Below are positions 1 to 10,502 of a stretch of 64,000 nt of DNA, in pieces (the stretch's first letter is position 1; every line of letters starts with the position of its first letter). Below the pieces are notes generated by a model, which searched no databases, had not been told where the DNA came from, and saw nothing but the letters and a program-made list of their open reading frames with translations. The stretch covers positions 1,587,655-1,651,654 of the forward strand of contig CAWKHK010000006.1 of the NCBI GenBank assembly GCA_963849425.1. Reading direction: 5' to 3'. A program made the position numbers and the translations under genes. Origin of the DNA: an uncultured Solirubrobacteraceae bacterium. Lineage in GTDB: Bacteria; Actinomycetota; Thermoleophilia; Solirubrobacterales; Solirubrobacteraceae.

Positions 1-1
1 G

Positions 2-1642
2 GACATCGAGGCGCTCGTGGTCAAGGGACGCGCCGCCGTGCCCTACGCGCCGGTGACGATCAAGACCGACGCCGGGCCCGGCGTGCTCACGGTGCTAGGC
101 GAGCGCGAGAGCGAATTCCCGGGCGTCACCCAGCAGCCGGTCTCGATCCGCTCCTATCCGTATGGAGAAATGGCCGCACAGGCGCTCGGCTATGTCGGGC
201 AGATCTCCGAGCCGGAGCTCAAGACGTCCGTCTTCCGTGGGGTGCAGCAGGGCACCGTGATCGGCCAGAGCGGACTCGAGTACTACTACGACCGCTACCT
301 GCGCGGACAGCCGGGTGTCCAGCGCGTGCAGGTCAACGCGGCCGGCTACCCCGAGCCGAGCGACCTGCGCTCGACTGCTCCGCTGGCCGGCCACAGCCTC
401 AAGGTGACGCTCGATCTGGGGTTGCAACGGGAGGGAGAAGTGGCGCTGCGCCACGGGATGGAACTCGCGCACGCCCTCGGCAACCCCGGCAACGGCGGCG
501 CCTTTCTGGCGATGGACCCCCGCAATGGCCAGATCCTCGCGCTCGGCTCCTACCCGAGCTTCGACCCGAATCGCTTCGCCAAACCGCTGACCGAGCGGGA
601 ACTAAAGTCGATCGAGGACGTGGGCGAAGGCGGCGAAGGCGCCAATGCACCCGCCCCATTGGCCGATCGCGCGACCGAAGGCGCCTATCCGACTGGCTCG
701 ACGTTCAAGCCGATCACCGCGATGGCCAGCCTCGAAGCGGGCCTGCTCAACCCCGAAGAGGGCCTCGGAGGCGGCCAGTGCATCGAAGCCCTCGGCGGCG
801 AGAAATTCTGCAACGCCGGGCACGCCGACTACGGTTCGGTCGGGCTGGTGGAAGCGCTCAAGGTCTCCTCGGACACCTACTTCTTCACCGTCGGGGAGAG
901 CGACAACAGTCACGGCAACGTGATCCAGGCAATGGCCAAACGGCTGGGAATCGGCCAGCCTTCGGGGGTCGACCTGCCGAGTGAAGCCGAAGGCGTCGTG
1001 CCGGACGCAGCGTGGCGGGCGCAGCGCAACAAGCTGCAGGAACGCTGCGAACGCCACCACCCGAAATCGAGCTGTGGCTACGTCGCCGAAATCAGGCCGT
1101 GGAGCGTCGGGGACAACATGGATCTGGCAGTCGGTCAGGGCGATCTGCAGACCGACCCGTTGCAGATGGCCGTGGCCTACTCGACGCTCGCCAACGCCTA
1201 CATCAATGGCGGGAACGGCACGGTCGTCACTCCGCACCTGGGGATGGCGATCGAGGAAGGCAACGGGGCGCTCGTGCAGCAGCTCAGCTTCGCACCCAAG
1301 CGCCAGATGCACTTCGACTACTCCAACCTGAGCCGGGTGATGGAAGGGATCCACGACGCCACCTCCGAGCCCGGCGGGACCTCGGCGGACGTCTGGAGCG
1401 GCTGGAACCAGGCGCAGCGCCCGGTCTACGGCAAGACGGGTACCGCCGAACGGGCCGGCCAGGTCGAACAGGCGTGGTACATGTGCTTCCTGCCCGATCC
1501 CAAGCGGCCGATCGTAATCGCGGTGACGATCGAACAGGGTGGCTTCGGCGACCAGGCCGCCGCGCCCGTCGCGCGCCTGATGGCCTCCCAGTGGTTCCAC
1601 CAGCCGTTGAAGCTCGTCAGCGGCTCCAACCCCGACCACTGA
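2..1642 (+). CDS. mrdA: Penicillin-binding protein 2 (class B transpeptidase), 5'-truncated by window edge
   Basis: Motifs STFK, SSD and KTG; dimerisation-domain GQSGLEYYYD; directly upstream of rodA. Confidence 0.93.
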   Translation, partial: DIEALVVKGRAAVPYAPVTIKTDAGPGVLTVLGERESEFPGVTQQPVSIRSYPYGEMAAQALGYVGQISEPELKTSVFRGVQQGTVIGQSGLEYYYDRYLRGQPGVQRVQVNAAGYPEPSDLRSTAPLAGHSLKVTLDLGLQREGEVALRHGMELAHALGNPGNGGAFLAMDPRNGQILALGSYPSFDPNRFAKPLTERELKSIEDVGEGGEGANAPAPLADRATEGAYPTGSTFKPITAMASLEAGLLNPEEGLGGGQCIEALGGEKFCNAGHADYGSVGLVEALKVSSDTYFFTVGESDNSHGNVIQAMAKRLGIGQPSGVDLPSEAEGVVPDAAWRAQRNKLQERCERHHPKSSCGYVAEIRPWSVGDNMDLAVGQGDLQTDPLQMAVAYSTLANAYINGGNGTVVTPHLGMAIEEGNGALVQQLSFAPKRQMHFDYSNLSRVMEGIHDATSEPGGTSADVWSGWNQAQRPVYGKTGTAERAGQVEQAWYMCFLPDPKRPIVIAVTIEQGGFGDQAAAPVARLMASQWFHQPLKLVSGSNPDH

Positions 1643-1646
1643 TCCG

Positions 1647-2849
1647 ATGCCCGCATCACTCGACAGCCCGATCATGGCCTCCGAAGAGGCGGGCGCCGTT
1701 ACCCAGCCACGCACGCTGCGCCTGCCGCTGGACCCGCTGCTCGCGCTCGCCGTCATCGGCCTGGGCATCTGCTCGGTCCTCACGCTCGGCTCGGTGACCC
1801 AGAAAGTCGTGCCGGGCCATCCCCACTACTACGTCGATCGACAGACGGTCTACCTGGCGGTGGGCTTCGTGTTCATGCTCGCGCTCTCGCGGATCGACTA
1901 CTCGCTCCTGCGCAGGTTCAAGCTCGCCATCTACGCCGCCCTGATGCTCAGCATCGTCGCGGTGCTCGGCCTCGGGCATTCCGCCCAGGGCTCGCAGCGG
2001 GCGATCAACTTCCCGCTGTTCTCCTTCCAGGGCTCGGAGATCGGCAAGGTGCTCCTGACCCTCGCGCTGGCCGCCCTGATCGTCGACCGTTCGAGAGCGC
2101 TGCGCGAGCGAGAGACGACCATCCGGGTGATGATCGCGGCGCTCGTGCCGGCCATGTTCGTGATCGTCCAGCCGGACCTCGGCTCGGGCATGGTCTACAT
2201 GGTGATCGCCTACATGCTCCTGTTCGTCGCGGGCGCGTCCTGGCGGCACCTGGGGGCGCTCGCGGCGCTCGTCGCGGTGTCCGCCACGTTCGTGCTCGTC
2301 GCCGCCCCAGCGGCGGGCGTCAACCTGCTCAAGCCCTACCAGGTGGCCCGTCTGACCGCCTTCCTGCACCCCTCCTCCAACCCCGAGAAGGAAGGCTACC
2401 AACAGCAGGAGTCCAAGATCGCGATCGGCTCCGGGCAGAAGACCGGACGCGGGGTCAACGCGAGTCAGACGCGGCTGAACTTCGTGCCCGAGGACGACAC
2501 GGACTTCGTCTTCGCGGCGGTCGGCGAGCAGTACGGGTTCGTGGGCGCAGGACTCGTCCTGCTGCTGTACGCCCTGCTGATATCGCGGGCGCTGCGCATC
2601 CTGGTGATGGCCAAGGATCTGTTCGGCTCGCTCGTCGCCGCCGGTGTAGCGGCTATGCTCATGTTCCAGGTCTTCGTCAACGTAGGGATGACTATTGGGA
2701 TCATGCCCATAACCGGCGTTACGCTTCCGCTCATGAGCTACGGGGGCTCGTCGGTGATCACCACCTTGTTGGCCGTGGGCCTGTTGCAATCGATTTACGT
2801 GCAGGCGCGCGCATCAGCGGCGCTGAAGGACCGCGTCCTGCGCTACTAG
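1647..2849 (+). CDS. rodA: Rod shape-determining SEDS protein RodA
   Basis: Multi-TM; QPDLG, IAIGSG, TDFVFA, GIMPITGVTLPLMSYGGSS motifs; follows PBP2. Confidence 0.93.
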   Translation: MPASLDSPIMASEEAGAVTQPRTLRLPLDPLLALAVIGLGICSVLTLGSVTQKVVPGHPHYYVDRQTVYLAVGFVFMLALSRIDYSLLRRFKLAIYAALMLSIVAVLGLGHSAQGSQRAINFPLFSFQGSEIGKVLLTLALAALIVDRSRALRERETTIRVMIAALVPAMFVIVQPDLGSGMVYMVIAYMLLFVAGASWRHLGALAALVAVSATFVLVAAPAAGVNLLKPYQVARLTAFLHPSSNPEKEGYQQQESKIAIGSGQKTGRGVNASQTRLNFVPEDDTDFVFAAVGEQYGFVGAGLVLLLYALLISRALRILVMAKDLFGSLVAAGVAAMLMFQVFVNVGMTIGIMPITGVTLPLMSYGGSSVITTLLAVGLLQSIYVQARASAALKDRVLRY

Positions 2850-3012
2850 ACACCAATGTCCGCCGAGCTTTCCCCACCAGATCGTCAGCCCACCCAGGCG
2901 CCGCGCCTGGCTGCCGTGCGGGGCGCGAGCCGACGCTCGCCGATCCGGCGCCGGTCGATCTGGCGCCGATTCCCTCGCTTGGCGCGCTCCAACACCAAAA
3001 GACTGGATCAAA

Positions 3013-5223
3013 TTGAAAAAGCAAGTGCTTGTCAGCGTCGATCGCGCGGAGACGCGCGTGGCGCTTCTGGAGGCGAGCGGAACGCCCGCCGCCTCGCGCT
3101 CGTCCTCGAACTCGCGAAGCGCCGGCGCCGCGCCGGCGAAAGCGACCGGTCGTAGATCGGCCGATCAAAGATCGGCCGGCAAGAGCGCGAACAGCGCGCC
3201 GCAGGCCGGGTATCGCGTCGCTGAGCTCTACATAGAGCGCCGCGGCGGACGCTCGATCGTCGGCAACATCTACAAGGGCAAGGTCGACAACGTACTGCCC
3301 GGGCTGGAGGCCGCGTTCGTCGATATCGGCCTCGAGAAGAACGGCTTCCTGCACGTCGACGAGATCGTGCTGCCCGGGGTGGAGACGCCAAAGCGCGGTC
3401 GGGGCGGCGGCGCCAGCGCCCGCAAGATCTCAGACCTGCTCGCGCCCGGCCAGGAGATCGTCGTGCAGGTGGTCAAGGATCCGCTCAAGACGAAGGGCGC
3501 GCGTCTGTCCATGGAGCTGACGATCGCCGGGCGCTACATGGTGTACGCACCCACTGGCGAGGGCGTGGGAGTCTCACGCCGCCTGGAGGACAAGGAGCGC
3601 GAACGTCTGCGCCGGCAGACCACCGGCCTAAAGCTCGACGGCGGCGGGGTCATCGTCCGGACGGCCGCCCACGGCGCCAAGCGCGAGGACTTCGAACGCG
3701 AGCTCAAGTACCTGCACAAGCTGCATGAGGTGCTCGTCAAGAGGGTCGAGGAGACCGCCGCCCCGGATCTCGTCTTCCAGGAGGCAGATCTGTCGGTGCG
3801 CGTCGTGCGCGACATCTTCTCCGCCCACTTCGAACGAGCGATAGTGGACGACGAGCAGCAGTTCCACCGGCTGGTCTCGTTCTTTACGCGTACGGCCCCC
3901 GAGCTGGTCGAGCGGGTGGAGCTGTGGGAGCAGAAGGAGCCGCTGTTCGAGGCATATGGCGTGGACAAGGCGATCAAAGGTGTGCTCTCGCGCCGCGTCG
4001 ACCTCCCCAGCGGGGGCTATCTGATCGTCGACTACGCCGAGGCGCTGACGGTGATCGACGTGAACTCCGGCAGCTTCATCGGCCGCGGCAAGGGCGCCGG
4101 CCTCGAGGACACGATCACCAAGACGAACCTCGAGGCGGCCGAGGAGGTGGTCAACCAGCTGCGGCTGCGCGACATCGGCGGGATCATCGTGATCGACTTC
4201 ATCGACATGGCCCGCGCGCGCAACCGCGACGCGGTCATGAAGACGCTGCGAAAGACCCTCGACGAGGATCGCACGAAGACCTTCACCGCCGAGATCTCAA
4301 AGCTCGGCCTGGTGGAGATGACCCGCCAGAACGTGACCGAGGGTGTGCGCGAGATCATGAGCCGCCCATGTCCCACCTGTGAGGGCGAGGGCGTGATCCG
4401 CTCCGAGGAGACCATCGCGATCGAGTTCGAGCGCCGCCTGCGCGACGTGGCGGTCGAGCATCCCGACGACGAGGCGTTCCTCGTCCAGGCCAATCCGCGC
4501 GTGAGCACCCAGTTCACCGGCCACAGCTCGCGCGTACTCCACGCCCTGGAGGCGCAGACCGGCAAGTCGTTCTTGTTCGAGGGCTCCGAAGGACTGGCAT
4601 TGGACCACTTCGCGATCACCTTCGTGGGGACGCGCGAGGAGGTCGAGGCGCGTGCGCTGCCGTTCCGCTCGGGCGACGAGGTGCTCGTCGAGATCGTCGA
4701 GCCGCACATGTACGACGTGGACGACGCGGTGGCCAAAATCGACGGCTACATCATCTCGATCGCCGGCGCGGCCACTCATGTCGGCGAGAAGCGAATGGTG
4801 CGCATCGACCAGGTGGGACGCACCGCCGCCAGCGCGCTGCTGCTCGACGAGTCCGGAGAGGTGGTAGCCCCGCCCGCCCGTCCGGCCGCCGGCACGCGCG
4901 GAAACGGGCGCGGCAGGCGCCGCTCGAGCGCCTCCTCCGCCCGCGACGGAGCATCCGAGCGCAGCGAGCCGCGAGCCCGTCGGCGCCGGGCGCCGGCTGA
5001 CAGCGAGGACGCCGAGACGCGTCGGGAAGCCGGTCTCGGCGAGCCTCCCGCGGGCATCGACTCCGAGCCCGAGGAGGAGGACGTCGCGGCGGGCGCGCTC
5101 CCAAGTTCGGCGGAGCGGCCGGACGAGGGCGCCGAGGATGGCCTACAATCCAAACCTCGGCGTCGTGGCCGCAGGGGCGGACGGCGCCGTTCGGCTGCCA
5201 AGGCCAAGGCGAGCCCGGAGTAG
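3013..5223 (+). CDS. rne: Rne/Rng family ribonuclease with C-terminal TRAM-like domain and disordered tail
   Basis: GNIYKGKVDNVLPGLEAAFVDIG (S1), IDVNSG, RLRDIGGIIVIDFIDM, CPTC; TTG start; RNase E vs G assignment uncertain. Confidence 0.9.
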   Translation: MKKQVLVSVDRAETRVALLEASGTPAASRSSSNSRSAGAAPAKATGRRSADQRSAGKSANSAPQAGYRVAELYIERRGGRSIVGNIYKGKVDNVLPGLEAAFVDIGLEKNGFLHVDEIVLPGVETPKRGRGGGASARKISDLLAPGQEIVVQVVKDPLKTKGARLSMELTIAGRYMVYAPTGEGVGVSRRLEDKERERLRRQTTGLKLDGGGVIVRTAAHGAKREDFERELKYLHKLHEVLVKRVEETAAPDLVFQEADLSVRVVRDIFSAHFERAIVDDEQQFHRLVSFFTRTAPELVERVELWEQKEPLFEAYGVDKAIKGVLSRRVDLPSGGYLIVDYAEALTVIDVNSGSFIGRGKGAGLEDTITKTNLEAAEEVVNQLRLRDIGGIIVIDFIDMARARNRDAVMKTLRKTLDEDRTKTFTAEISKLGLVEMTRQNVTEGVREIMSRPCPTCEGEGVIRSEETIAIEFERRLRDVAVEHPDDEAFLVQANPRVSTQFTGHSSRVLHALEAQTGKSFLFEGSEGLALDHFAITFVGTREEVEARALPFRSGDEVLVEIVEPHMYDVDDAVAKIDGYIISIAGAATHVGEKRMVRIDQVGRTAASALLLDESGEVVAPPARPAAGTRGNGRGRRRSSASSARDGASERSEPRARRRRAPADSEDAETRREAGLGEPPAGIDSEPEEEDVAAGALPSSAERPDEGAEDGLQSKPRRRGRRGGRRRSAAKAKASPE
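5144..5149 (+). promoter_or_regulatory. Putative -10 box (TACAAT) for rplU-rpmA inside the rne 3' end
   Basis: TACAAT in a very GC-rich context ~145 nt upstream of rplU. Confidence 0.35.
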
Positions 5224-5293
5224 TCAGCGGCCGTCCGTGAAAACGGCGGGCGACGGCGTTTCCCACATCAGAGGAATCGAGACCGACACAGAC

Positions 5294-5653
5294 ATGTACG
5301 CGATCGTGAAGACCGGCGGCAAGCAATACCGCGTCGAGCGGGGCCAGAGGCTGCTCGTGGAGCGCCTCGGCGTGGCCGAGGGCGGGGACGTGGCGCTCGA
5401 GCCGATCCTCTACCGCTCCGAGGAGGCGGTCTTCGACAAGGCCGGCCTGAAGGACGTGAAGGTCACCGCCAAGGTGATCGCCCACGTGCGGGGCGAGAAG
5501 CTGCGGGTGTTCAAGTTCAAGCCCAAGCGCGGCTACAAGCGACGCACCGGACACCGTCAGGATCTGACCCAGATCGAGGTCACCGAGATCACAGCCGGCA
5601 AAGCCAAAGCGGCCGCCAAGGCGAGCAAGGAGACGGTTTCGGATGGCTCATAA
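5294..5653 (+). CDS. rplU: 50S ribosomal protein L21
   Basis: [14 protein letters not shown]...GHRQ. Confidence 0.97.
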   Translation: MYAIVKTGGKQYRVERGQRLLVERLGVAEGGDVALEPILYRSEEAVFDKAGLKDVKVTAKVIAHVRGEKLRVFKFKPKRGYKRRTGHRQDLTQIEVTEITAGKAKAAAKASKETVSDGS

Positions 5654-5906
5654 GAAGGGGCTCGGTTCGAGCCGCAACGGTCGCGACTCAAACGCTCAGC
5701 GCCTGGGGGTCAAGACGTTCGCCGGCCAGAGCGTGACCGGCGGAGAGATCATCGTGCGCCAGCGCGGCACCCGCTTCAAGCCGGGCGCCGGCGTGGGCAT
5801 CGGCAAGGACGACACGCTGTACGCACGCGCGGCCGGGACCGTGCAGTTCACGACCGGCCGCCGCGGGCGCGTCGTGAACGTCCTCCCCGGGGCCGACGCG
5901 GGCTGA
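5643..5906 (+). CDS. rpmA: 50S ribosomal protein L27
   Basis: [24 protein letters not shown]. Confidence 0.98.
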   Translation: MAHKKGLGSSRNGRDSNAQRLGVKTFAGQSVTGGEIIVRQRGTRFKPGAGVGIGKDDTLYARAAGTVQFTTGRRGRVVNVLPGADAG

Positions 5907-5985
5907 GAGCCCCCCGGCGAGCCCGTGCCACACGCCTGAGCGCCCATCTCGCCCGCGGCGGTCCGCTGCTGTCACGATGGTCGGC

Positions 5986-7362
5986 ATGCTTCACGACCGC
6001 GCGAGGATCCATGTGCAGGCAGGCGGCGGTGGGGACGGCTGCATGAGCTTTCGCCGCGAAGCGCACGTGCCGCGCGGCGGCCCCGACGGGGGAGACGGCG
6101 GGGGCGGGGGACACGTGGTGGTGCTCTGCGACGACTCTCTGCGCGACCTGCAGAGCTTCCGCCGCCGCAGCCACTATCGCGCCGAACGGGGCGGTCACGG
6201 CGAGGGCGCGCAGCGCCACGGGGCCGACGGTGAGACCCTGACGATCAAGGTGCCGCCCGGGACCGAGATCGCGGCCGCGCAAGACGAGGGCGAGGACTTG
6301 ACCGGACGCCGCTGGGAGCTGCTCGCCCACGGGCAGAGCGCAACGGTCGCGCGGGGCGGTGGCGGCGGCAAGGGCAACAAGCGCTTTGCCACCTCCACCC
6401 GTCAGGCGCCGCGCTTCGCCGAGCGTGGGCTGCCGGGCGAGGAAGGCTGGCTCGAGCTGCGGCTCAAGCTGCTCGCCGACGTCGGCCTCGTCGGCCTGCC
6501 CAACGCCGGCAAGTCCTCGCTCCTCTCCCGCCTCACGCGGGCCGCGCCGAAGGTGGCCGGCTATCCCTTCACCACGCTCTCGCCCGTCCTCGGGGTGCTC
6601 GATACCCCGTTCGGGGCATACCCAAAGGGCACAGGCCAGGAGGCTGCCGAGCGCCAGCTGATCGTCGCGGACATCCCCGGCCTGATCGAAGGCGCCAGCG
6701 GGGGCGCGGGCCTCGGACACGACTTCCTCGCCCACGTCGAGCGCACGCGCCTGCTGGTGCACGTGCTGGACATCGCCCCCGAGCTATCCACGGGCGCCGA
6801 GGCGGACATGGCGGCCAATCACGCGACGATCGAGCGCGAGCTCGCCGCGCACGACGAGCGCCTGGCACGGTTGCCACGGGTGCTCGCCCTCTCCAAGGCC
6901 GACCTCGTCACCGCCGAGCAGGCGAGCCGGGAGGCCGAGCGGTGGCGGCGGCGCCTCGGCTCCGAGATACCCGTGATCATAACCTCGAGCGCCACGCGCG
7001 AGGGGATCGAAGAGCTCGCCGCCGCCCTGCTGCGCGGCGTCGCGCCCCAGGGCGCCGAGCTCCCCGACCGGGAACGCCCGGCCGAGGTCCAGGAGCTCGC
7101 CGAGCACATGGTCTTCCGCCCCGGCGGATCGGGCTTTCGCGTCGAGCGGCTCGGGCCGCGATCGTTCGCCGTGCGCGGCAGTGGCATCGAGCGGCTGCTC
7201 GCGCGCTATGACATGGAGAACGAGGACGCCATGGGCTACTTCGAGGGCAGGCTGCGCAGGATCGGCGTGCTCAAGGCACTCGAGAGCGAGGGGTTTCAGC
7301 CGGGCGACGAGATCGAGATCGCCGGCGTCACGTTCGAGCTCGACCCCGGCAGCGTGTCCTAG
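5986..7362 (+). CDS. obgE: GTPase ObgE/CgtA
   Basis: Gly-rich Obg fold, GLPNAGKS, YPFTT, DIPG, SKAD; conserved synteny after rpmA; alternative start 5977. Confidence 0.96.
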   Translation: MLHDRARIHVQAGGGGDGCMSFRREAHVPRGGPDGGDGGGGGHVVVLCDDSLRDLQSFRRRSHYRAERGGHGEGAQRHGADGETLTIKVPPGTEIAAAQDEGEDLTGRRWELLAHGQSATVARGGGGGKGNKRFATSTRQAPRFAERGLPGEEGWLELRLKLLADVGLVGLPNAGKSSLLSRLTRAAPKVAGYPFTTLSPVLGVLDTPFGAYPKGTGQEAAERQLIVADIPGLIEGASGGAGLGHDFLAHVERTRLLVHVLDIAPELSTGAEADMAANHATIERELAAHDERLARLPRVLALSKADLVTAEQASREAERWRRRLGSEIPVIITSSATREGIEELAAALLRGVAPQGAELPDRERPAEVQELAEHMVFRPGGSGFRVERLGPRSFAVRGSGIERLLARYDMENEDAMGYFEGRLRRIGVLKALESEGFQPGDEIEIAGVTFELDPGSVS

Positions 7363-7420
7363 ATCTCGCCGACGGCGCGGGACGGGCCAAAGCGATAGCA
7401 AGCGTCTACGCTCCCTGCCG

Positions 7421-8534
7421 ATGACCCGCCTGGTGGTGAAGCTCGGTTCCAGCGTCGTCGCCGACAGCGGCGGCGAGCCGCGCCTGGAGGTGCTCGCACG
7501 GGTGTGCCAGCTGCTCGCCCGTGTGCACACCGACGGGGGGGAGGTGATCGTCGTCACCAGCGGCGCCATCGCCCGGGGGATGCGCGTGATGGGCCTGCCC
7601 GCCCGTCCCACCACGATCGGCGATCTGCAGGCCGCCAGCGCCGTCGGGCAGGGCAAGCTCTACCGCATCTACGACGAGCTGCTGCGCGAGCGCGGCGTCA
7701 CCAGCGCCCAGGTGCTGCTGACGTTCTTCGACATGAGCGCCCGCACCCACTACCTGAACGCCCGACAGACGCTCACCACGCTGCTCGACTGGCGGGTGTT
7801 GCCCGTGATCAACGAGAACGACACCACCGCCACCGACGAGATCTCCTTCGGAGACAACGACTTCCTCGCCGCCCAGGTCGCCGTGCTCGTCGGCGCCCAC
7901 CAATTGATCCTGCTGACCGACATCGACGGGCTCTTCGACGCCGATCCGCGCCTTCACCCGAATGCCCAGATCGTCAGCCAGGTCGACGACTTCGCTGCCC
8001 TGGAGGAGCTCGAAGATCGGGCACACCACCTCCCCGCTCGGATCGGGCGGCATGCGCTCGAAGGTCGTCGCAGCCGACATGGCCAGCGCCGCCGGGATCC
8101 CCACCGTGATCTGCAACGGCCTGCGAGAGGGCGCCCTGGAGGCCGTGCTCGCCGGCGAGCACGAGGGCACGCGCTTCGCCGCCCGACAGGCCCGCTACAG
8201 CTCCTTCAAGCTGTGGCTGAAGTACGCCAAGCCCTCGCGCGGGACGCTGCTGATCGACCCCGGCGCCGTGCGGGCCGTGCGCGATGGCAGCGCCAGCCTG
8301 CTGCCCGTCGGCGTGGTCGAGGTCATCGGCGAGTTCGACGCCGGCGACGCCGTCGAGATCGCCGCCGCACCCGCCGGCGGCCCCGCCCCCGGCCCGGTTC
8401 TCGCCAAGGGAATCTGCAACTACTCAGCGCCCGAGCTGCGGCGGGTGATCGGCCTGAAGTCCGCCGCCGTGCGCGAGATCCTGCCGCGCGCCACCGACGA
8501 GGCCGTGCACCGCGACTACCTCGTGGTCGATTAA
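7421..8534 (+). pseudogene. proB: Glutamate 5-kinase with PUA domain, +1 frameshift at ~8013 (real lesion or sequencing error)
   Basis: VVKLGSS...NEND...FGDNDFLAA in one frame; GSGGMRSK and the PUA domain continue in the next frame after CTC GAAG ATC GGG. Confidence 0.9.
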
Positions 8535-8557
8535 CGAGCGCTCTACTCTTTAGGCCT

Positions 8558-9865
8558 ATGGTCACAGCCACCGCAACCGTCGCCGACACCTGCCACGTGG
8601 CCAAGCGCGCAGCGCGCGTCCTCGCCCAGCTCGACACCCGCGTCAAGGACGCCGGGCTGGAGGCCATCGCCGCGGCGCTGCTCGCTCGCGGCGATGAGGT
8701 GCTCGCCGCGAACGAGCTCGACATGCACGCCGGAGCCGAGGCCGACATCGGCGATGCGCTGCTCGACCGCCTGCGCCTCGACGCAGATCGTCTTGCCGGG
8801 ATCGCCGCCGCCGTGCGCCAGATCGCCGCGCTCGCCGATCCCGTCGGCGAGGTCATCGACGGGCACCGCCTGCCCAACGGCCTCGACGTGCGCAAGGTGC
8901 GCGTACCGCTGGGGGTCATCGCCGTCGTCTACGAGGCGCGCCCCAACGTCACCATCGACGCCGCCGCACTGTGCCTGAAGTCTGGTAACGCGATCGTGCT
9001 GCGCGGGTCCTCCTCGGCGGTTCACTCCAACGCCGTGCTCGCCCACATCGCCTCCGAGGCCGCCGTCGCCGCCGGGCTGCCCGACGGCTGCGTCGGCCTC
9101 GTCGCCGGCGGCGGACGCGAAGAGCTCGCCGAGCTCGCCACCCAGAGGGACGCCGTCGATCTCATCATCCCCCGCGGCGGCGAGGGGCTGAAGGCCGCGC
9201 TGCAGACAGTCGCCACCGTGCCCGTGATCTACGCCGCGTCGGGCAACTGCCACGTCTACGTCGACGCCTCCGCCGATCTCGACCAGGCCGAGGCGATCGT
9301 CATCAATGCCAAGACCCAGCGTCCAGGTGTGTGCAACGCCGCCGAGACGCTGCTCGTGCACGAGGCCGTTGCCGCCGACTTCCTCCCGCGCATGCTTCAC
9401 GCGCTCGCAGCCGCCGGGGTGCTCGTCCGCGCCGACGAGCGCACTCGCATCCTTGCGAAGCACCACGCGGCCACGCCGGGCGCCGCCGACAGGCGGGCGC
9501 CCGATCTCATCATTCAGGACGCCACAGAGGAGGACTGGGCCACTGAGTACCTCGCGCCGATCCTCGCCGTCAGGGTTCTCGACTCGGTGGGCGAGGCGAT
9601 CGAGCACATAGGGCGCTATGGCAGCGGGCACTCCGAGGCGATCCTCACCCGCGACACCGCCGCCGCGCGGGCCTTCCAGCTCGGCGTCGACGCCGCCTGC
9701 GTGTACGTCAACGCCTCCACCCGCTTCACCGACGGAGGGGAGTTCGGGATGGGGGCCGAGATCGGCAACTCCACGCAGAAGCTCCACGCGCGCGGGCCGA
9801 TCGGTCTGCGTGAGCTGTGCACGTTCAAGTACCTCATCGAGGGTCACGGGCACGTCCGCGCTTGA
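8558..9865 (+). CDS. proA: Gamma-glutamyl phosphate reductase
   Basis: PLGVIAVVYEARPNVT, GNCHVYVD, CNAAETLL, NASTRFTDG, STQKLHARGP. Confidence 0.96.
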   Translation: MVTATATVADTCHVAKRAARVLAQLDTRVKDAGLEAIAAALLARGDEVLAANELDMHAGAEADIGDALLDRLRLDADRLAGIAAAVRQIAALADPVGEVIDGHRLPNGLDVRKVRVPLGVIAVVYEARPNVTIDAAALCLKSGNAIVLRGSSSAVHSNAVLAHIASEAAVAAGLPDGCVGLVAGGGREELAELATQRDAVDLIIPRGGEGLKAALQTVATVPVIYAASGNCHVYVDASADLDQAEAIVINAKTQRPGVCNAAETLLVHEAVAADFLPRMLHALAAAGVLVRADERTRILAKHHAATPGAADRRAPDLIIQDATEEDWATEYLAPILAVRVLDSVGEAIEHIGRYGSGHSEAILTRDTAAARAFQLGVDAACVYVNASTRFTDGGEFGMGAEIGNSTQKLHARGPIGLRELCTFKYLIEGHGHVRA

Positions 9866-10502
9866 CCAGCCTCTGGCGTTCGCCGGCCTGCGCTCGCTCG
9901 GCATCCTCGGCGGGACCTTCAACCCGCCCCATCTCGGGCACCTCGCCGTCGCCCGCCACGCTCGCGACCAGCTCGGGTTGGAGCGTCTGCTGCTGATGCC
10001 CGCAGGCACCCCCCCGCACAAGCCCGGCGGCCACGGCGGGTGGGATCCCGGTCCACAGCATCGCCTGCGCATGTGCCAGCTGCTGGTCGAAGGCAGTCAC
10101 CGGCTGTCCGCGTGCCCGCTCGAGATCGAACGCGGCGGACCGTCCTATACCGTGGATACCTTGAACGCCATCCATGCCAGCCACCCGGACGCCCGCTTGA
10201 CGTTCATCGTGGGAGCCGACATCGCGAGCACGCTCGCATCCTGGCGCCAGCCGCGCGAGCTGCTCGGGCTGGCCCAGCTGGCCGTCGCCGGGCGCAGCGG
10301 CTCAGATCGCCGGCAGGTGAGCGAGGCCGTCGCCGGCCTCGGCAGCGAGAACGTCAGCTTCCTGGAGATGGCACCGGTCGAGGCCTCCTCCTCGATGGCC
10401 CGCCTGTGCGCCGCCCGCGGAGAGCCCATCGAAGAGATCGTCGGCCCGGCCGTCGCCCGCTACATCGCCGAGCACCGCCTGTACCAGCGGGAGACACGAT
10501 GA
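9861..10502 (+). CDS. nadD: Nicotinate-nucleotide adenylyltransferase (start codon uncertain)
   Basis: GILGGTFNPPHLGH, PPHK, SYTVDTL, FIVGAD; proA-nadD-rsfS synteny. Confidence 0.92.
   Translation, partial: LDQPLAFAGLRSLGILGGTFNPPHLGHLAVARHARDQLGLERLLLMPAGTPPHKPGGHGGWDPGPQHRLRMCQLLVEGSHRLSACPLEIERGGPSYTVDTLNAIHASHPDARLTFIVGADIASTLASWRQPRELLGLAQLAVAGRSGSDRRQVSEAVAGLGSENVSFLEMAPVEASSSMARLCAARGEPIEEIVGPAVARYIAEHRLYQRETR

Noticed and set aside
5224-5293. L21 leader-like hairpin (GCCGT...ACGGC)
   Set aside because: Short GC-rich stem that cannot be matched to a known family by eye.
7181-9865. 894-aa ProB-ProA (P5CS-like) fusion as a real gene
   Set aside because: Explained by a single-base insertion in proB; the middle segment is off-frame and proA has its own start.
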